Below, one piece after another: positions 1 to 12,955 of a stretch of DNA of 64,000 nucleotides (position 1 is its first letter; each line of letters begins with the position of its first letter). A program made the translations under genes and the position numbers. Where the stretch lies: positions 18,600,001 through 18,664,000 of the forward strand of contig NC_047062.1 of assembly GCF_902459465.1 (NCBI RefSeq). The letters are read 5' to 3'. The notes beneath the pieces were generated by a model. It was not told where the DNA came from and did not search any database. It saw only the letters and a program-made list of their open reading frames with translations. This DNA is from Asterias rubens (lineage: Eukaryota).

Positions 1-99
1 ATACGTGCTGATATTTATTGTATGTGACACACTTAAAACAATAAATGATTATTTAATTTAAGTCAATTCATCTTAGTAAGTGTAAATCGTTGCTTACTG

Positions 100-470
100 C
101 TCTGGTCCATATTCGGTGTTGAAAACCACTCCGAGTTGTTCAACGATGTGATGACTTAAATCTGTAATTAAAAGAACAGCGGAAAAATAGTAAATACATG
201 TTATGTCAGAGATATTCAACTATAAACGAAGTCGAGGTAAATTATCAAGAACCAGGCCGCGGCGGGTTTAAACCACTAGTTGAAAACCGATTCAACACAC
301 TTTGATTCCCATTCATCAATACCTTTTCGGACAAAAACATCAACACTTTTTGGTCAAAAATAAAATAAATGCAAACATTATAATTATTGTTCAATGATTT
401 ATTTCAACACAACACCTCTCCAGCTATGAAATGGTATTGCTCTCCGCCGCCCTCGGGTAAACAACTCCTT
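100..470. repeat. Partial foldback-type interspersed repeat
   Basis: Contains the right half of the CGAG-N-CGAAG-N-CGAG centre (ACGAAGTCGAG, 226-236) seen in foldback elements elsewhere in the window. Boundaries approximate. Confidence 0.35.
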
Positions 471-982
471 ATAAGGGAATGCTGTGCGCGTCGCGCGTAT
501 CGCGTGATGTGGCACAACTGTTTCAGCCGTTGCTCTTGACCAATAGGAATGAAGAAACTGTCTTAAGCACAGGAGTGCGTTTCGGTTGTTGGTCGTTGGT
601 TCTGCTGTTCAGACTGAACGATAACCGAGTTGTGAGCTCGGTTACCGTTTTGGTTATGACGTCAGAAACAGTTTTTGGTTGGGGTCGCCAAAACGCACTC
701 TAGGTGGTGCAAGCTCGCGTGTCACGCCCATGTTCAAACACTTTTTACTGGTTATAAACAAAGGTGTATACACACCCACGTGACGCGCTCTCCATCAATA
801 GGAATAGCGAAACTGTTTGAGGTATTTATGAATATATGTTTAATGTGGATAGATATTGATCATTTTAAAAGTTCAAACTTTTTGTAAAAAAACCAACATT
901 TTAAATTGATGAGTGAACTAAACATTGTTCAGGCTCTTCAGGGTCCAAATGGTTGCCATAAACACTGATTCCTTTCAGACTG

Positions 983-3900
983 CTATCTGCAAACTACGGC
1001 CCCCAAAACAAACAAAACACAGTAACCTATAATCTACATACAGCAAACAACATCTTGAGTTGTACACTTTGTTTTTTTTGACATTGTGTACTTACATTTC
1101 CGATGTACAGTAGTTTGTTAGGACTTCCCTTCACATCAGTAACTTTATTAAGCGTGGAGTCGCTCAACATTCTAGTTTTGATCTGTTGCGGCGTTTCGCT
1201 GTTGGCTTTACTTACATAAAGGGCTGCGGCTCCTGAATATAAATAAAAAATGACGTCATGTGTTACGTTTGTAAAGTAATTTCTTGTTGCCTTAAAGAGC
1301 AATTAAGTTCAAATTTTCTAGCTTTTGTCACGGTGCACTCTCGCTCTGATGGATCGACATCACGTACCGTACATTTGGAAGTGTAATTTGATTGGTTTCC
1401 CTATTCTAGCTGCTTTATGTGCACCAGCCAACCTTGATAATTATCGTTAATAATTTGTTTGTGCCTTTGCAATATTATACCACCGGGAAATATCAGAATA
1501 TCTTTTCAAATGCAATAATATTAGTAGTATTTTATAAACTTTTAGGTCAAAAACGGGCCTCCAATGTTTTGTCCAGTAAAAAAACTCTGAAATGTTAGGC
1601 ATTTTAATGCAAACAGACGAGCACTTGACCTGATACGTGGGGGCAAGCCATGGATGTTCCGGACATGGTAGTAGTGCCAGTGTTGGATGCGTAGCTGGCG
1701 CTTAAGACGTCTACGCCGGGAGCAAAGAGGTCAAGACAAGTACCGTAGTTGGAGAAGTAAGCTCTTGCGTCCTTGTTATCTGTTGCCCCAACGGTGATTG
1801 TCTGTCGAATCAGCAAAAGTAAATCATTGTAACCGATTTCAAGACAAAATAAAAGTAAACGTGGATTGCAGTAGGGCATAAGGAAACCGCGGCTTTATAC
1901 CCTCATCTTTCCCCAAACCCTTAAAACTCATTTTAAACTGACATTTAACAAAAGTGAGGCGTAGAGGGCGTAGTACCCTGTTTGATTCTTCCACCCGTTT
2001 GAGCAGTACGTATTTTGCTTTGAATGCTTCTACATTTGAAAAACCATTTCTTTGTTCCACAAGTCGTTGTGGACTGTGGCTATTGGCAACCAAACACATG
2101 CAGCAACCAATATTAAATAGTAACAATGTCCAGGTCTTTGGGAACTGTACAGACAAACTTACGTTTGCGGATCTTGATGGCGAGCTATTGCATGAGTCGG
2201 TGTCATCATTACCAGCAGCAACGGACACTACATAGCCGGCATTCCAAAGAGCAGTCACAGCATTGTCAATAGATTTAGAGGCTGGGAACCGGAGTGACAC
2301 TGAGACCACTCCCTTTGGACTCTGATTGTGGGCCTTGACACTATCACAACCTGTAATGGGGGGGGGGGGGGCACCAAAACGCGGTTTATGTAAGCGGTCA
2401 AAAAGCTGTATTTGGTTTGCTGTATAGTAACACCATGTGTTAATTATACTTGCTGCGTAGATTATAGTATTTTGAGAACTTGTCTTGCTTTTATATGCTA
2501 GTACCACGGGGTAGATTGGTATCGGAATTCTGGACGATGGCTTGAGCAAACCAGTGGAAACGTTGATACCAATAAGTATTAAAATAAACTAGATAAATAT
2601 TAGGACCATTTTTCCAAAATTGATAAGTCTCCCGAATTCTGAAAATGACTCCGCGTAGAAAAAATATGACAAGTCATTCTAAAAAGAACATAATCTACCC
2701 AGCCCCAGCAAGTAGATGACATGGTGTCACCGCAAACCAATCATACATTGATACCTAATCATGCAATGCCTATGACATCCTATCATGGTAAAGTAGCTCT
2801 TGATTTTTGACATTGGTGCAAAACTGTTATCGAATCAAGGCTATTTAATTTTTCACTCAAGTTCAAAAGGTTCACATTTGAACACGATAGGCAGTCGTTG
2901 TTTGAAATAAAAACAAAGAATCGACTAGAGAACGTACCAGCCACAAAGACACTGACGGGACAGCCTGGATCGCACACCTTGACGCTCTGGATGGTTGATT
3001 GGCGGGCTAATCCATAGGTCGCACCGCCAACAGTTCCAGAGCAATGAGTGCCGTGGCCGTTGTTGTCTGTGGCGCCGTACAGCATATGGGCGCGGGTCCC
3101 GAACTCGCTGTGGTTGATGTTAACGCCGGTGTCCATCACATACACATGCACACCAGTGCCCTGAACTGCAAAACAAAATTTTAAGACTCTATGTGTTATT
3201 TTATAAGTACTTTTGATTGTATAAGTAAAGTACAATATTATTCATACAATTGATTGTACCTTTTTACTGACTGTTCTACAGTGCAGTCTCCTCATCATGA
3301 CATCTTTCCATTGAAATAAACATTAAGTTTTGTAGGTTTAATCTTAATAGAATTTGTGGACAAAGAAAATAGTCTTTCTGAAGAAATAACGCGTCTTGCA
3401 TTGATCGTGCCTTTGGAGAAACATTTCCTCGTAAAAACGCAACTTTGCATTAATGGCCATCCGTAATAACCATTCAAGAGGGACCTAAAGGTAATTCACA
3501 AACAAACACAAAGAGGACATTCAATGAATTTAAATGTACTGCACAGTAGTGCTCCCCCCCGTTATACCATTGCAATACGTGGCACATTAGTGTACAACAT
3601 GTTATTCAATAAAGGTGCCCAATTTTATAGAACTGCATAAGCGCAAAAATTAGCTTAACACACCAACATGAGGATACCAGCCAAAATACCACGTCGTATG
3701 TACAATTTGTGACCTGCATCGTACACATTTTGCCAAGCAGCTCCATAATAATTTGGGCCCGGAAACCATAACTTTATCCCGTTAGTACAACAAGATGCGT
3801 GCTGCCACCAACCATTCTCTTGGCCCTCTCTCGGCCGTTGTGATTCACTTTATAATTCTAATTATCGATAGCATGTGATTTACTTACAGTCATCGGGATA

Positions 3901-5582
3901 TTTGAAAGTGTTGTCTAATGGTAAATTACGCTGATCAACTCGATCTAAACCCCACGTAGCTCCAGTCTGTTTGCCTTGAGTATGACCAAGACTGTCCTGT
4001 TCAACAAACTCAACGGCATCCAGGGAACGGACCTGCCAGTTGGAGGGGACAGTACGTCATTTATTTATTCATTCATTCGCAGTCATATTAATGACCTTTA
4101 TAAATAAATAATACAAATAATAATAACTCTTATATAGCGCATTTCACAATAACCGTATCAATGCGCTTTACATTTATAGTGCCCTGGTCATAGGGCCAAT
4201 CGAAAGATCCCTTTTAATGTTTCTCAGCTCCCTTGGGAGTATATAACGAATATGCTCTTTCATTAATACATTATAGTGTTCTTTGTGATAACTATCCTGT
4301 ATACTGCCTTAACTGAAGTGAAACAAGATGCACATTTATGAACATCTTTAACTAATACTTATTTGAATAAGTTAGCCCATGCGTTTACCACAATCATTAT
4401 GAAATGTTAAAATTACAGTTGCAACATAATGAGGCCCTTTTCCTACACGTATTTTAAGACACAGTTATAATCAAGATCAACTAAATAATTTTGCGTAAGT
4501 GCAAAAGAACGGGTTCAACTGGTGATTGCGAAAGACTAAAGCAGAGCTTAAGCTCTCAGTATGATCAGCTGATTCGCAAATTTTAGGGTCACACAAGGCA
4601 ATTTTTCCTTGCAACTTGAAGGCAATTTAGTGCATGCTACATGACCACTTTGGTAAAGCATTGGTAATTATCCAAACATTGCCTTGAGATCTCCAAGATA
4701 AATATTTGATCATTCATATGTGGATGCCTTTCTTTTGGAGATTGCCTGGAACTGGTTACCTGTAAATTTCCTCGTGTGACATGGCCCTATTAACTTACAT
4801 AGTTGACTAGATGTGGTGGGATTCTGAGAGTGAGGGCGCGCATGACCAGGCGGATCTTATTTATTTTACCAATCGGGGTTCGCATCTGAGTGAAGTAACC
4901 CTCCAACTCATCCGCCACTTGATCCACATCGGCTACATCCTGCAATGAACAATTTAGTACCATGTCAGAGAAATTATGGGAGGGAAAAAACAAACATGTG
5001 GTTTTTATGGTGATTTACCTTGTAGACTGGATCAATCAACTAGATCAGTCAAAACTAATATAATGTTATTGTGAATCAACTGTAGTTGTACAGCAATGAA
5101 TTTGTTTCAAATGAGGCATCTCAGACGATTGTCAGTTAACCTGTTTCTGCTGAGCTATTTTGAAAGGAAAAGCAGAAAAAACATATTTGTATAAAAACAA
5201 AACAATGATTCAAAAAGTATACCATAGCTGCAGTGCACAGCCGAATTTGAGTCTGCGCTTAACCATGCATGTGCCGCCGTGCAACTCGCTCTTGATTTCA
5301 ATTTTGAAAAACATCAATTATTGTGAAACTTATAATAGTTGTGCGACTAAAGTGCTTTAAGTGGTTTCCCTTTTCTTTTTTACACTTTAGATTGTACCAC
5401 CATTACTTAACTACAGCAGGCAAAACTTGTAAGGCAGGTCGCAGGAGTCTTAAACTAAACGATAGACTTACTTTCAGTTGAACAATGTATTTGTTTGGTA
5501 AACCGCGTTCTTTGGCCATGTGAAGTGGAGCCAAGCCACCATGAGCGAAGGCTACACACATGCACAACAGAAACAGCTTCAT
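983..5582 (-). CDS. Secreted subtilisin/proteinase K-family (S8A, PCSK9/aqualysin-like) serine protease, gene A, complete
   Basis: Exons with GT/AG borders and compatible phases: 5472-5582 ([15 protein letters not shown] signal peptide), 4799-4939 (I9-type prodomain), 3888-4032 (VEFVEQD...[10 protein letters not shown]), 2938-3165 (catalytic D in DTG, H in HGTHCSG), 2163-2350 (oxyanion N in AAGND), 1630-1801 (S in GTSMACP), 1096-1232. The terminal exon 983-1033 is tentative. Confidence 0.92.
3614..3760. mobile_element. Degenerate MITE (GGGCCCAATTT-type ends) in intron 3 of gene A
   Basis: Imperfect TIR ggtgcccaatttt...atttgggccc; orthologous insertion in copy B at 6694-6808. Confidence 0.5.
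4116..4235 (-). mobile_element. Retroposon (L2/SINE-like) 3' tail
   Basis: Minus strand ends ...gtgaaatgcgctatataagagttattattatt. The ccaagggagctgaga segment recurs at about 19245 and 54686. Confidence 0.4.
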
Positions 5583-5660
5583 CGCAGTTATGACAGTACC
5601 ACCGGGTGAAAACAAGCACAGTCAAGTGGTTTCTCATTTTAAGTAGGCCTATATATGCGT

Positions 5661-5668
5661 TTTTTATA
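5661..5668 (-). promoter_or_regulatory. Probable TATA box of protease gene A
   Basis: TATAAAAA on the minus strand about 80 bp upstream of the ATG at 5582. Confidence 0.5.
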
Positions 5669-6422
5669 GCCTTTGCTTTGCCGCATCGCATGTTCAAAAT
5701 GCAGCTGTTCTTTTCTGTGACAATCGACTGGTATCAAAGACTTTATCTAACTAGACGCAGTGTCCTCACATTAACCTGTCATTGTCAGCACGACGTTATC
5801 AGAAACAAAACACTTTAATTTCTTAAGTTTTACAGCAACTTTAAAAAGTGATGACGAACGTTTTATTGGCTAGCGTCGGTAAACATTTTCGTTTGATGGA
5901 ATGAAGATTTGCAAAGTTGCAAGGAAAAGTTGTGACAAGGACCAACAAAGTTTCATTTGCGAAGTGGTCAGCTGCTCATACTGAAGCTCAAGCTCTGCTT
6001 GAATTTGTCCAACTCACCAATGAACCCGTTCATCTTGATGATAAAAGTGCGCTTTAGGGCACGGTTAAAATTGCCCCTTTTCCAAGTAGTTACAAATACT
6101 TGTTTGAAAAGGGCTGATCATAATGTTAACATCACTGCAACAGTTAACATCAGTATTAGTGGATGAATGGACTGACTGATTGAAATTAGTAGCCAAATAA
6201 TATGTTCATAATGTGCCCTTGGTTTATAAGGCAGTGTACAGGATCGTAGTAATCACAAAGAACACTAATTGTATTTAATGAAAGAGCAACAATTGATTAT
6301 AAAGGTAATTCCATCTCAACCCTTCAGAGAGAAAAAAACACACGTCACAATCATGTAAATAATTATGACTGCGAATGAATAATGAATAAATAAAATGACC
6401 TATACTGCCCTCCATCTGGCAG

Positions 6423-9400
6423 GTCCGCTCCCTGGATGCTGTTGAGGTCGTTGAACAGGACAGTCTTGGTCGTATTCAAGGCCAACAGAATGGAGCTACG
6501 TGGGGTTTAGATCGAGTTGATCAGCGTAATTTACCATTAGACAACACTTTCAAATATCCCGATGACTGTAAGTGAAACTCATGCTATTGATAAATTCGAG
6601 TTACAGTAAATCACAACGGCCGGGAGAGGGCCAAGAGAATGGTTGGTGGCAGCACGCATCTTGTTGTACTCACGGGGTAAAGTTATGGTTTCTGGGCCCA
6701 ATTTCATAGCTTCTTGGCAAAATGTGTAGGTATGTTGGCTGGTAACCTCATGTTGGTGGTCTTAGTAGCAATCTGTTGTGAGTATGCATTTCTATGAAAT
6801 TGTGCACCTGTTTGGTGACATGTTGTACACCAATGTGCCAGGTATAATGGAACATGGTGGAAAGTCCCATTATGTTACATCGTCTTGTTACATCGAGTGT
6901 CATCTTTGTGTTCGTTTGTGAATTACCTTTAAGTCCCCTTTGAATGGTAACATTACGGATGCCCATAATGTAAAGTTGTGTTTCTCTTTTACCTGGAAAT
7001 GTTTCTCCAAACGCACGAGCAATGCAAGACACGTGATTTCTGCAGAAAGACTATTTTCCATGTCCAAACAAAATTAAGTTGAATTTAAAATGTATACAAC
7101 TCGATATTGGTTTCATTTTAAGGTAATTACAATGATAATACTCAGTGTAAAATAACACATACAATAGCGTCTTATTAATTTTTATGATAACATTGACGTT
7201 ATGCAGTTCAGGGCAATGGTGTGAATGTGTATGTGATGGACTCTGGTGTTAACATCAACCATGGTGAGTTCGGGACTCGCGCCAAGCTACTGTATGGCGT
7301 CGCCGACGACCATGGCCACGGCACTCATTGCTCTGGAACTGTGGGCGGTGCGACCTATGGAATAGCCCGCCAATCCACCATTCAGAGCGTCAAGGTGTGC
7401 GACAGATACGGTGGCTGTCCTGTCAGTGTCTTTGTGACTGGTACGTTTTCAGTCGATTTTTTTTTTCAAGCAACGACTAATCGTATTAAGGGACCATATG
7501 AGGGACAGCTCGAAATGTAAAGAGTGGTGTTTTTCACTCTTTTAAATTTAGAGAGTATATTCGACAGCACCGAAATGAAAGTCAACAAACAATACAATCA
7601 TAGAATTTGAGGCATTGCATAGTGAGGTATCGACGTGTTTTTTGTTTATGGTGACACCATGTACATTATGATTACGGGGACACGTTCTTAAAAGAACGTG
7701 TCTTGCTCATATCGTATAGACCTTTCTTTTGTTGATAAAAAAAACCGCCTTGGTTGGCATGGTCGGCCGAATGTTAGTAAAACACTCAATCGTAAAAACA
7801 GATGAATCAACAAAATTCAAAATTTTCTCCAAATTTTCAATTAAATAAAATACCTCTCATGATAAGTTGCTTTGTTTTAAACAAAATCATTTTATAAAAA
7901 TAGCGATCTATTCTTGATTTGCACTTATGGCTTTCTATAGTTTTCCAATCTGGGTTGGCAAAAACTCGCGCTGTGACGTTGCAAAAGAAACGTCTATAGT
8001 ACTACGTGGAGTACATTCTGCGGAATTCGGTAGACTTCTCAGTTCTAAAAAGAACTATGAAATCCTGATTATAATTAACTACCTGTGTGGAATCCAATAA
8101 TAAGACAAGTTCTCAAAAGAACATCTACACAGCAAATGGATGGCGGGTATTGCAAACCAAATACATCTATTTTACTGCTTCCATATAAAAAAACGCGTTT
8201 AGGTTTTGATTTTCCCCACAGGTTGTGATAGTGTCAAGGCCCACAATCAGAGTCCAAAGGGAGTGGTCTCAGTGTCACTCCGGTTCCCAGCCTCTAAATC
8301 TATTGACAATGCTGTGACTGCTCTTTGGAATGCCGGCTATGTAGTGTCCGTTGCTGCTGGTAATGATGACACCGACGCTTGCACGTACTCGCCATCAAGA
8401 GCCGCAAGCGTCAGTTGGTCTAAATATTTTGTATTTTGTGCATTATAATAATAGTATTATTATTAAGTATTATAATAGTATTATATATAATTTTGCAGCA
8501 TGAATAGCAAAATACATACTGCTCAAACGGGTGGAACAGTCATGAACCAGGGTATGCCCTCTGTCTATGCCCCACCTTTTATAATGCCAGTTGCACATGA
8601 GTTTAAAGGGGGATGGGGGAGCCATGCAGTTTATGTGTGTCCTACTGCAGTTCAATCCACGCCTGCTTTTATTTTGTCTTGAAAACTGTTACCATATTTT
8701 ACTTTTGCTGATTCGACAGACAATAACCACCGGGGCAACTGATAAGTACGACGCACGAGCTTACTTCTCCAACTACGGTACTTGTGTTGACATCTTTGCT
8801 CCCGGTGTTGAAATCTTAAGCGCCGGCTACGCATCCGACACTGGCACTACTATCATGTCCGGAACATCCATGGCTTGCCCTCACGTATCAGGTCAAGTAC
8901 TCGTCTGTTCGCATTGAATGCCTTAAAGACACTGGACACTATTGGTAATTGCCAAAGACCAGTCTTCTCACTTGGTGTGTCTCAACATATGAATAAAATA
9001 ACAAACCTGTGAAAATTTGAGCTCAATTGGCCGTCGAAGTTGCGAGATAATAATGAAAGAAAAAACCACCCTTGTCACCCGAAGTTGTGTGTGTTTAGAT
9101 GGTTGATTTCGAGACTTCAAATTCTAAATCTGAGGAAAAATTACTTCTTTCTCAAAAACAATGTCACTTCAGAGGGAGCCGTTTCTCACAATGTTTTATA
9201 CCATCAACCTCTCCCCATTTAACTCGTCACCAAGTAATGTTTTATGTTAAAAATTATGTTGAGTAGTTACCAATAGTGTCCACTGCCTTTAAATCTCATG
9301 GGGGGAGGGTTACTGGACAAAACATGTGACGCCTTTTTTTGACCCCAAAGTTTGTGATATAAAACTAATATTATTGCATTGGAATGGTGCAATTCTGATA

Positions 9401-10010
9401 TTTTACCAGCGGAATATTGCAAAGGCACTATAAATGGGCCGGCAAAAAAAATATACGTGACCATCAATTGTTGAAGGTCGTTTTCTAGGTTGGCTGTTGC
9501 GCTTAAAATAGCTCAACCCAACGAAATGGTTTTAACTAGAATAAGGAAATCGGATAAGTTTGGTTACCGTTCCAAATGCGACTGATATCCTGTTCGTATA
9601 ATCAGAAAATTACTACGTGACATTTGCTGCTTAAGATGATGTCCATCCCTCAGAGAGATAGTGCACCGTGATAAAGGCTTGAAAATTGGGGTTTAAATGC
9701 TCTTTAAGGCGACAAGAAGTTACTTTACAATCGTAACACATGACGTCATTTTTTTGTTTAGGAGCTGCAGCCCTTTATGTAAGTAAAGACAACACCGAAA
9801 CGCCGCAACAGATCAAAACTAGAATGTTGAGCGACGCAACGCCTTATAAGGTTACTGATTCGAAGGGAAGCCCTAACAAGCTTCTTTACATCGGAAATGT
9901 AAGTACATAACGTCCTTCAATCGAATCCTTGCAAGTGTATAGACTTGAAATCAAGACGTTATTTGCTGTAGATTATAGGTTACCGTGTTTTGTTTGTTTT
10001 CGGGCTGTAG
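6423..10010 (+). CDS. S8A protease copy B: inverted paralogue of gene A exons 3-8, lacking exons 1-2 within the window
   Basis: Exons 6423-6567, 7207-7440, 8222-8409, 8720-8891, 9762-9898 (tentative last exon 9972-10010). All are open, with intact splice sites, catalytic triad ([15 protein letters not shown]) and AAGND. Exon sizes equal A's except one in-frame +6 bp. No plus-strand signal/prodomain exon lies between 5583 and 6422. Confidence 0.75.
6694..6808. mobile_element. Orthologous, internally deleted copy of the same MITE in copy B
   Basis: gggcccaatttcatag...ctatgaaattgtgcacc at the same intron position as in A, so the insertion predates the A/B duplication. Confidence 0.5.
8923..9292 (+). 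mobile_element. Kolobok/T2-type MITE, main family
   Basis: TTAA duplication at both ends; TIR AG(A/G)CA(C/G)TGGACACTATTGGTAA; inserted in intron 6 of copy B only. Confidence 0.8.
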
Positions 10011-11930
10011 CTTTCCAGATAGCAATCTGACATGAGCCGGTGTCTATGGCAACCATGTATACCCTAAATAATTAGTTCACTAAATAATTTGAAATTAATT
10101 TTGTAAAAATTATCGCTGAACATTTACTGAAATGTTGTTCATTGATACCATGACAGTTGGATCTCTTAAAAATTTAAATTTCTATCTCCGCATAAAACAT
10201 TGTCGATTCGAGATTTGTGTATCATGTGAAGAGATCACAAATACATATACACTCTGTATTCTGAAAGGGGAGGTTAGTTGAACCTCTCTGGCATAATGAT
10301 TGTATATACACTTTCGAGATATTTATTTTCCCACCGTTCTTGTATTTTTATCACAGATTTAAGTCAACACAGGAGTGGTTTATAACACAGTATGGACCAG
10401 AGCATGCAGTTATAGCAACGATTCACGCTTACTATAAGATGCATTAATTTTACTGAAATTTAATCCAATCCATCGTTGTAAGTGTGTCACAATACATCTC
10501 AGCACGCTGTACACTTGTAAAGAGCCATTTAAAAAAAATGTACTAGTAAAACGTTTTACTGATCCTAGATATAGGGCAAACTGTTCTGAAACGAAATTAT
10601 GCAAATTCTATCCGGAAGCCTATACTTGTTGAAAAAACATGATCAGGAATATCTGTAAAACTTCTTCATCTGAAGTGTTCCAATTGATTAAAATAGGTAT
10701 AAAAGACGAAATGTTTCGCCTTGGATTATTTCATTAAGTTGTTTACAAATCACAGTAAAACAAAGTTTACATCAGAACCAACGGTTACCCACATCGCGTA
10801 TTATGCGCATGTGTTAATATGGATACCAGTTTTCCCCTTTGTGACCCCGACAGAGGTAAAGTTATTAATTTAATTTAGGTAATGCTTGAGAAAACACAAG
10901 TTATTCATGGTCTCAGTCAAATGGTCTTTCCTCATTTCTTAATGATTGTTAAATTGAAATAGGGTAATTAGTCGTGGAGACAAATACCATGAGCAATAGG
11001 TGAATCAATAATCTGGGTTTTATAAACTTTAATTTCTTCTCGGAAAACGGTTACAACATTGATACAAATTTTATACTATAAAAAAACCCATTTAGCATTA
11101 AATTTGTTTTGTTGTATGTAACATTTAACATTTCAGCACTATCTTGATTGTGTATGGGAAACATGACAAAAACAACTGCTGTCATAATCATGCTTATCTT
11201 TATACTACCTTTAGTTCAAAATTGACAAAACAATTGTTCAAAATAAACGCAGCTGGCGCTTTTGCTATTCTATAATTCTTCAGGACTAGAGCAGAAAAAA
11301 ATAATGCATAATTTTGTCAAACTAAATAAAAAATTAGTTTTGAAATACCAGGAGAAAAAAAAGTTCAACACTCGGCCGAAGATAGCATCAAGTTTTGAAC
11401 CAAACCTCTTTTTCCTTTGTTTGCCTTATGAGGCCAAAATACAGAGCCGTACTAGCCTTACAAAACTATGCAGAACAAGTTGTATGGTGCCCTTTTTTGC
11501 TTGAAATTAAAACAATAAATTTTGCAATTCAGTCTTCAAATAAAAAGTACAAAAATCCCGTTCGGACGTAGTACTGCCCTCTATGAACTTGACCTCTCTG
11601 TAGCTAACTCGTGGGGCTCACTATATGTCAAACATCCCGATTTGTCAAAACACCCTTTAGCATGCACCCTGCTTAATATTCTCTCCATAGCATAAGGTGC
11701 ACTGTTTTGTGCAAACAGTGCATAACGTGAACTTGTATCCTCTGCTCAATCTTATATTATTAGGAGTCTCAAGGCCCGTCAGTTAATATTCTCCCTAAAA
11801 TAAAAACGACCCTACACCACTACTGTAGTTTATAAAAATAATAATCATTGTCGGTGCCACCAAAAATATTATAATGATGGGCGCAGCTACGGAAGCGTAT
11901 TGCAACATAGATATTTTCTTTTTCTCTCTC

Positions 11931-12302
11931 TTATCGTTTACGTACTCGATAACTTATCACGTACGTACACGATAACTTATCGTGTACGTACACGATAACT
12001 AATCATGTACGTACACGATAACTTATCATGTACGTATACGATAAATCTAAATTATCGTGTACGTACACAATAAATTCAAAAATATATCATGTAATTACAC
12101 GATAATTCATCATGTACGTACACGATAACTTATTATGTACGTACACGATAAATTCAAACTTATTGTGTACGAACACAATACATTCAAAAACACATCATGT
12201 ACTTACACAATAAGTCCAAAAACTTATCGTGTGCATACACGATAACTTAGCGTGTACGTACGCGATAAGTCCAAACTTGTCGTGTACGTACACGACAAGT
12301 TT
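11931..12302. repeat. Tandem array of about 14 palindromic units (core TATCGTGTACGTACACGATA)
   Basis: Units of about 21-34 bp separated by short A/C-rich linkers; perfect palindromes at 11977-11998 and 12273-12302. Confidence 0.9.
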
Positions 12303-12955
12303 CATACTCAGTTCCGTTTTCAGATAACGTATTTCTAGCTGCGCATTGCTCAATCAATAAATTAATGTTCTTGGGTCGGTAATTAGGCGTTTGCTAAAAT
12401 ATGTGATGTGGAGGAAAAGATCGAGGTTTACTTCCATTTAGTCTAAGGCGTAAAACATAACTTAAAGGGGCAGTCAATAATTGTAAATGCGTTGTAATTT
12501 AGCTCATATATTAAACAAACTTAATTAAATTAAACCGGATTCCCCCATAACTGAGCTAGAGATAATTATTTTGTAAAGTTTTGAACCCCCTAACATTTTC
12601 TGACATAGTGGTTTCTAGTCCAAGGTGTCAAGCATTGTTTAAGGGAGCAGTCAAATGTTTCTTTAATTTTTGGTGCAGTATAGTACGTACATGTAGTCTT
12701 AAATAAACAACTTTAATAAAAACAAACTGGAAACCCCTTGACCGGGCTAGAGATGATATTTGGAACCTCCCTAACATCTTTTGGTCCAAAGGTGCCCGGT
12801 ACAATCCGTCGAAAGATGTTAGACCACGAGGGCTTTGAATCACAGTTCCGTGCATCTCCAGTTGGGTATCAAGTAGGCCTACATGGCCTCAAGTACACAA
12901 TGTCTTCCAGTGGAGTAACGAGTATTGACTTGAAGTATGCTCATAGATTTGCTTT

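Noticed and set aside
983-1033. Hydrophobic C-terminal tail ([16 protein letters not shown]; [12 protein letters not shown] in B) as a GPI or membrane anchor
   Set aside because: The terminal exon is uncertain (62-73 bp introns, read-through alternatives), the lengths differ between copies, and gene C ends V-stop.
5905-6166. Short ORFs between A's promoter and B as B's missing head, or a Myb/SANT-like TE relic
   Set aside because: No similarity to exons 1-2, no signal peptide, no fitting donor; the SANT resemblance (KWSAAHTEAQALLEFV) is too short to support.
6423-10010. Copy B as simply the other haplotype of gene A mis-assembled in inverted orientation
   Set aside because: About 10% exonic divergence in exons 6-7, extensive intron indels and a B-only MITE exceed what I would expect of alleles. 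Not formally excluded without reads.
11931-12302. CRISPR array
   Set aside because: Linkers are only 0-13 bp and related to each other, repeats are degenerate, no cas genes, eukaryotic context.
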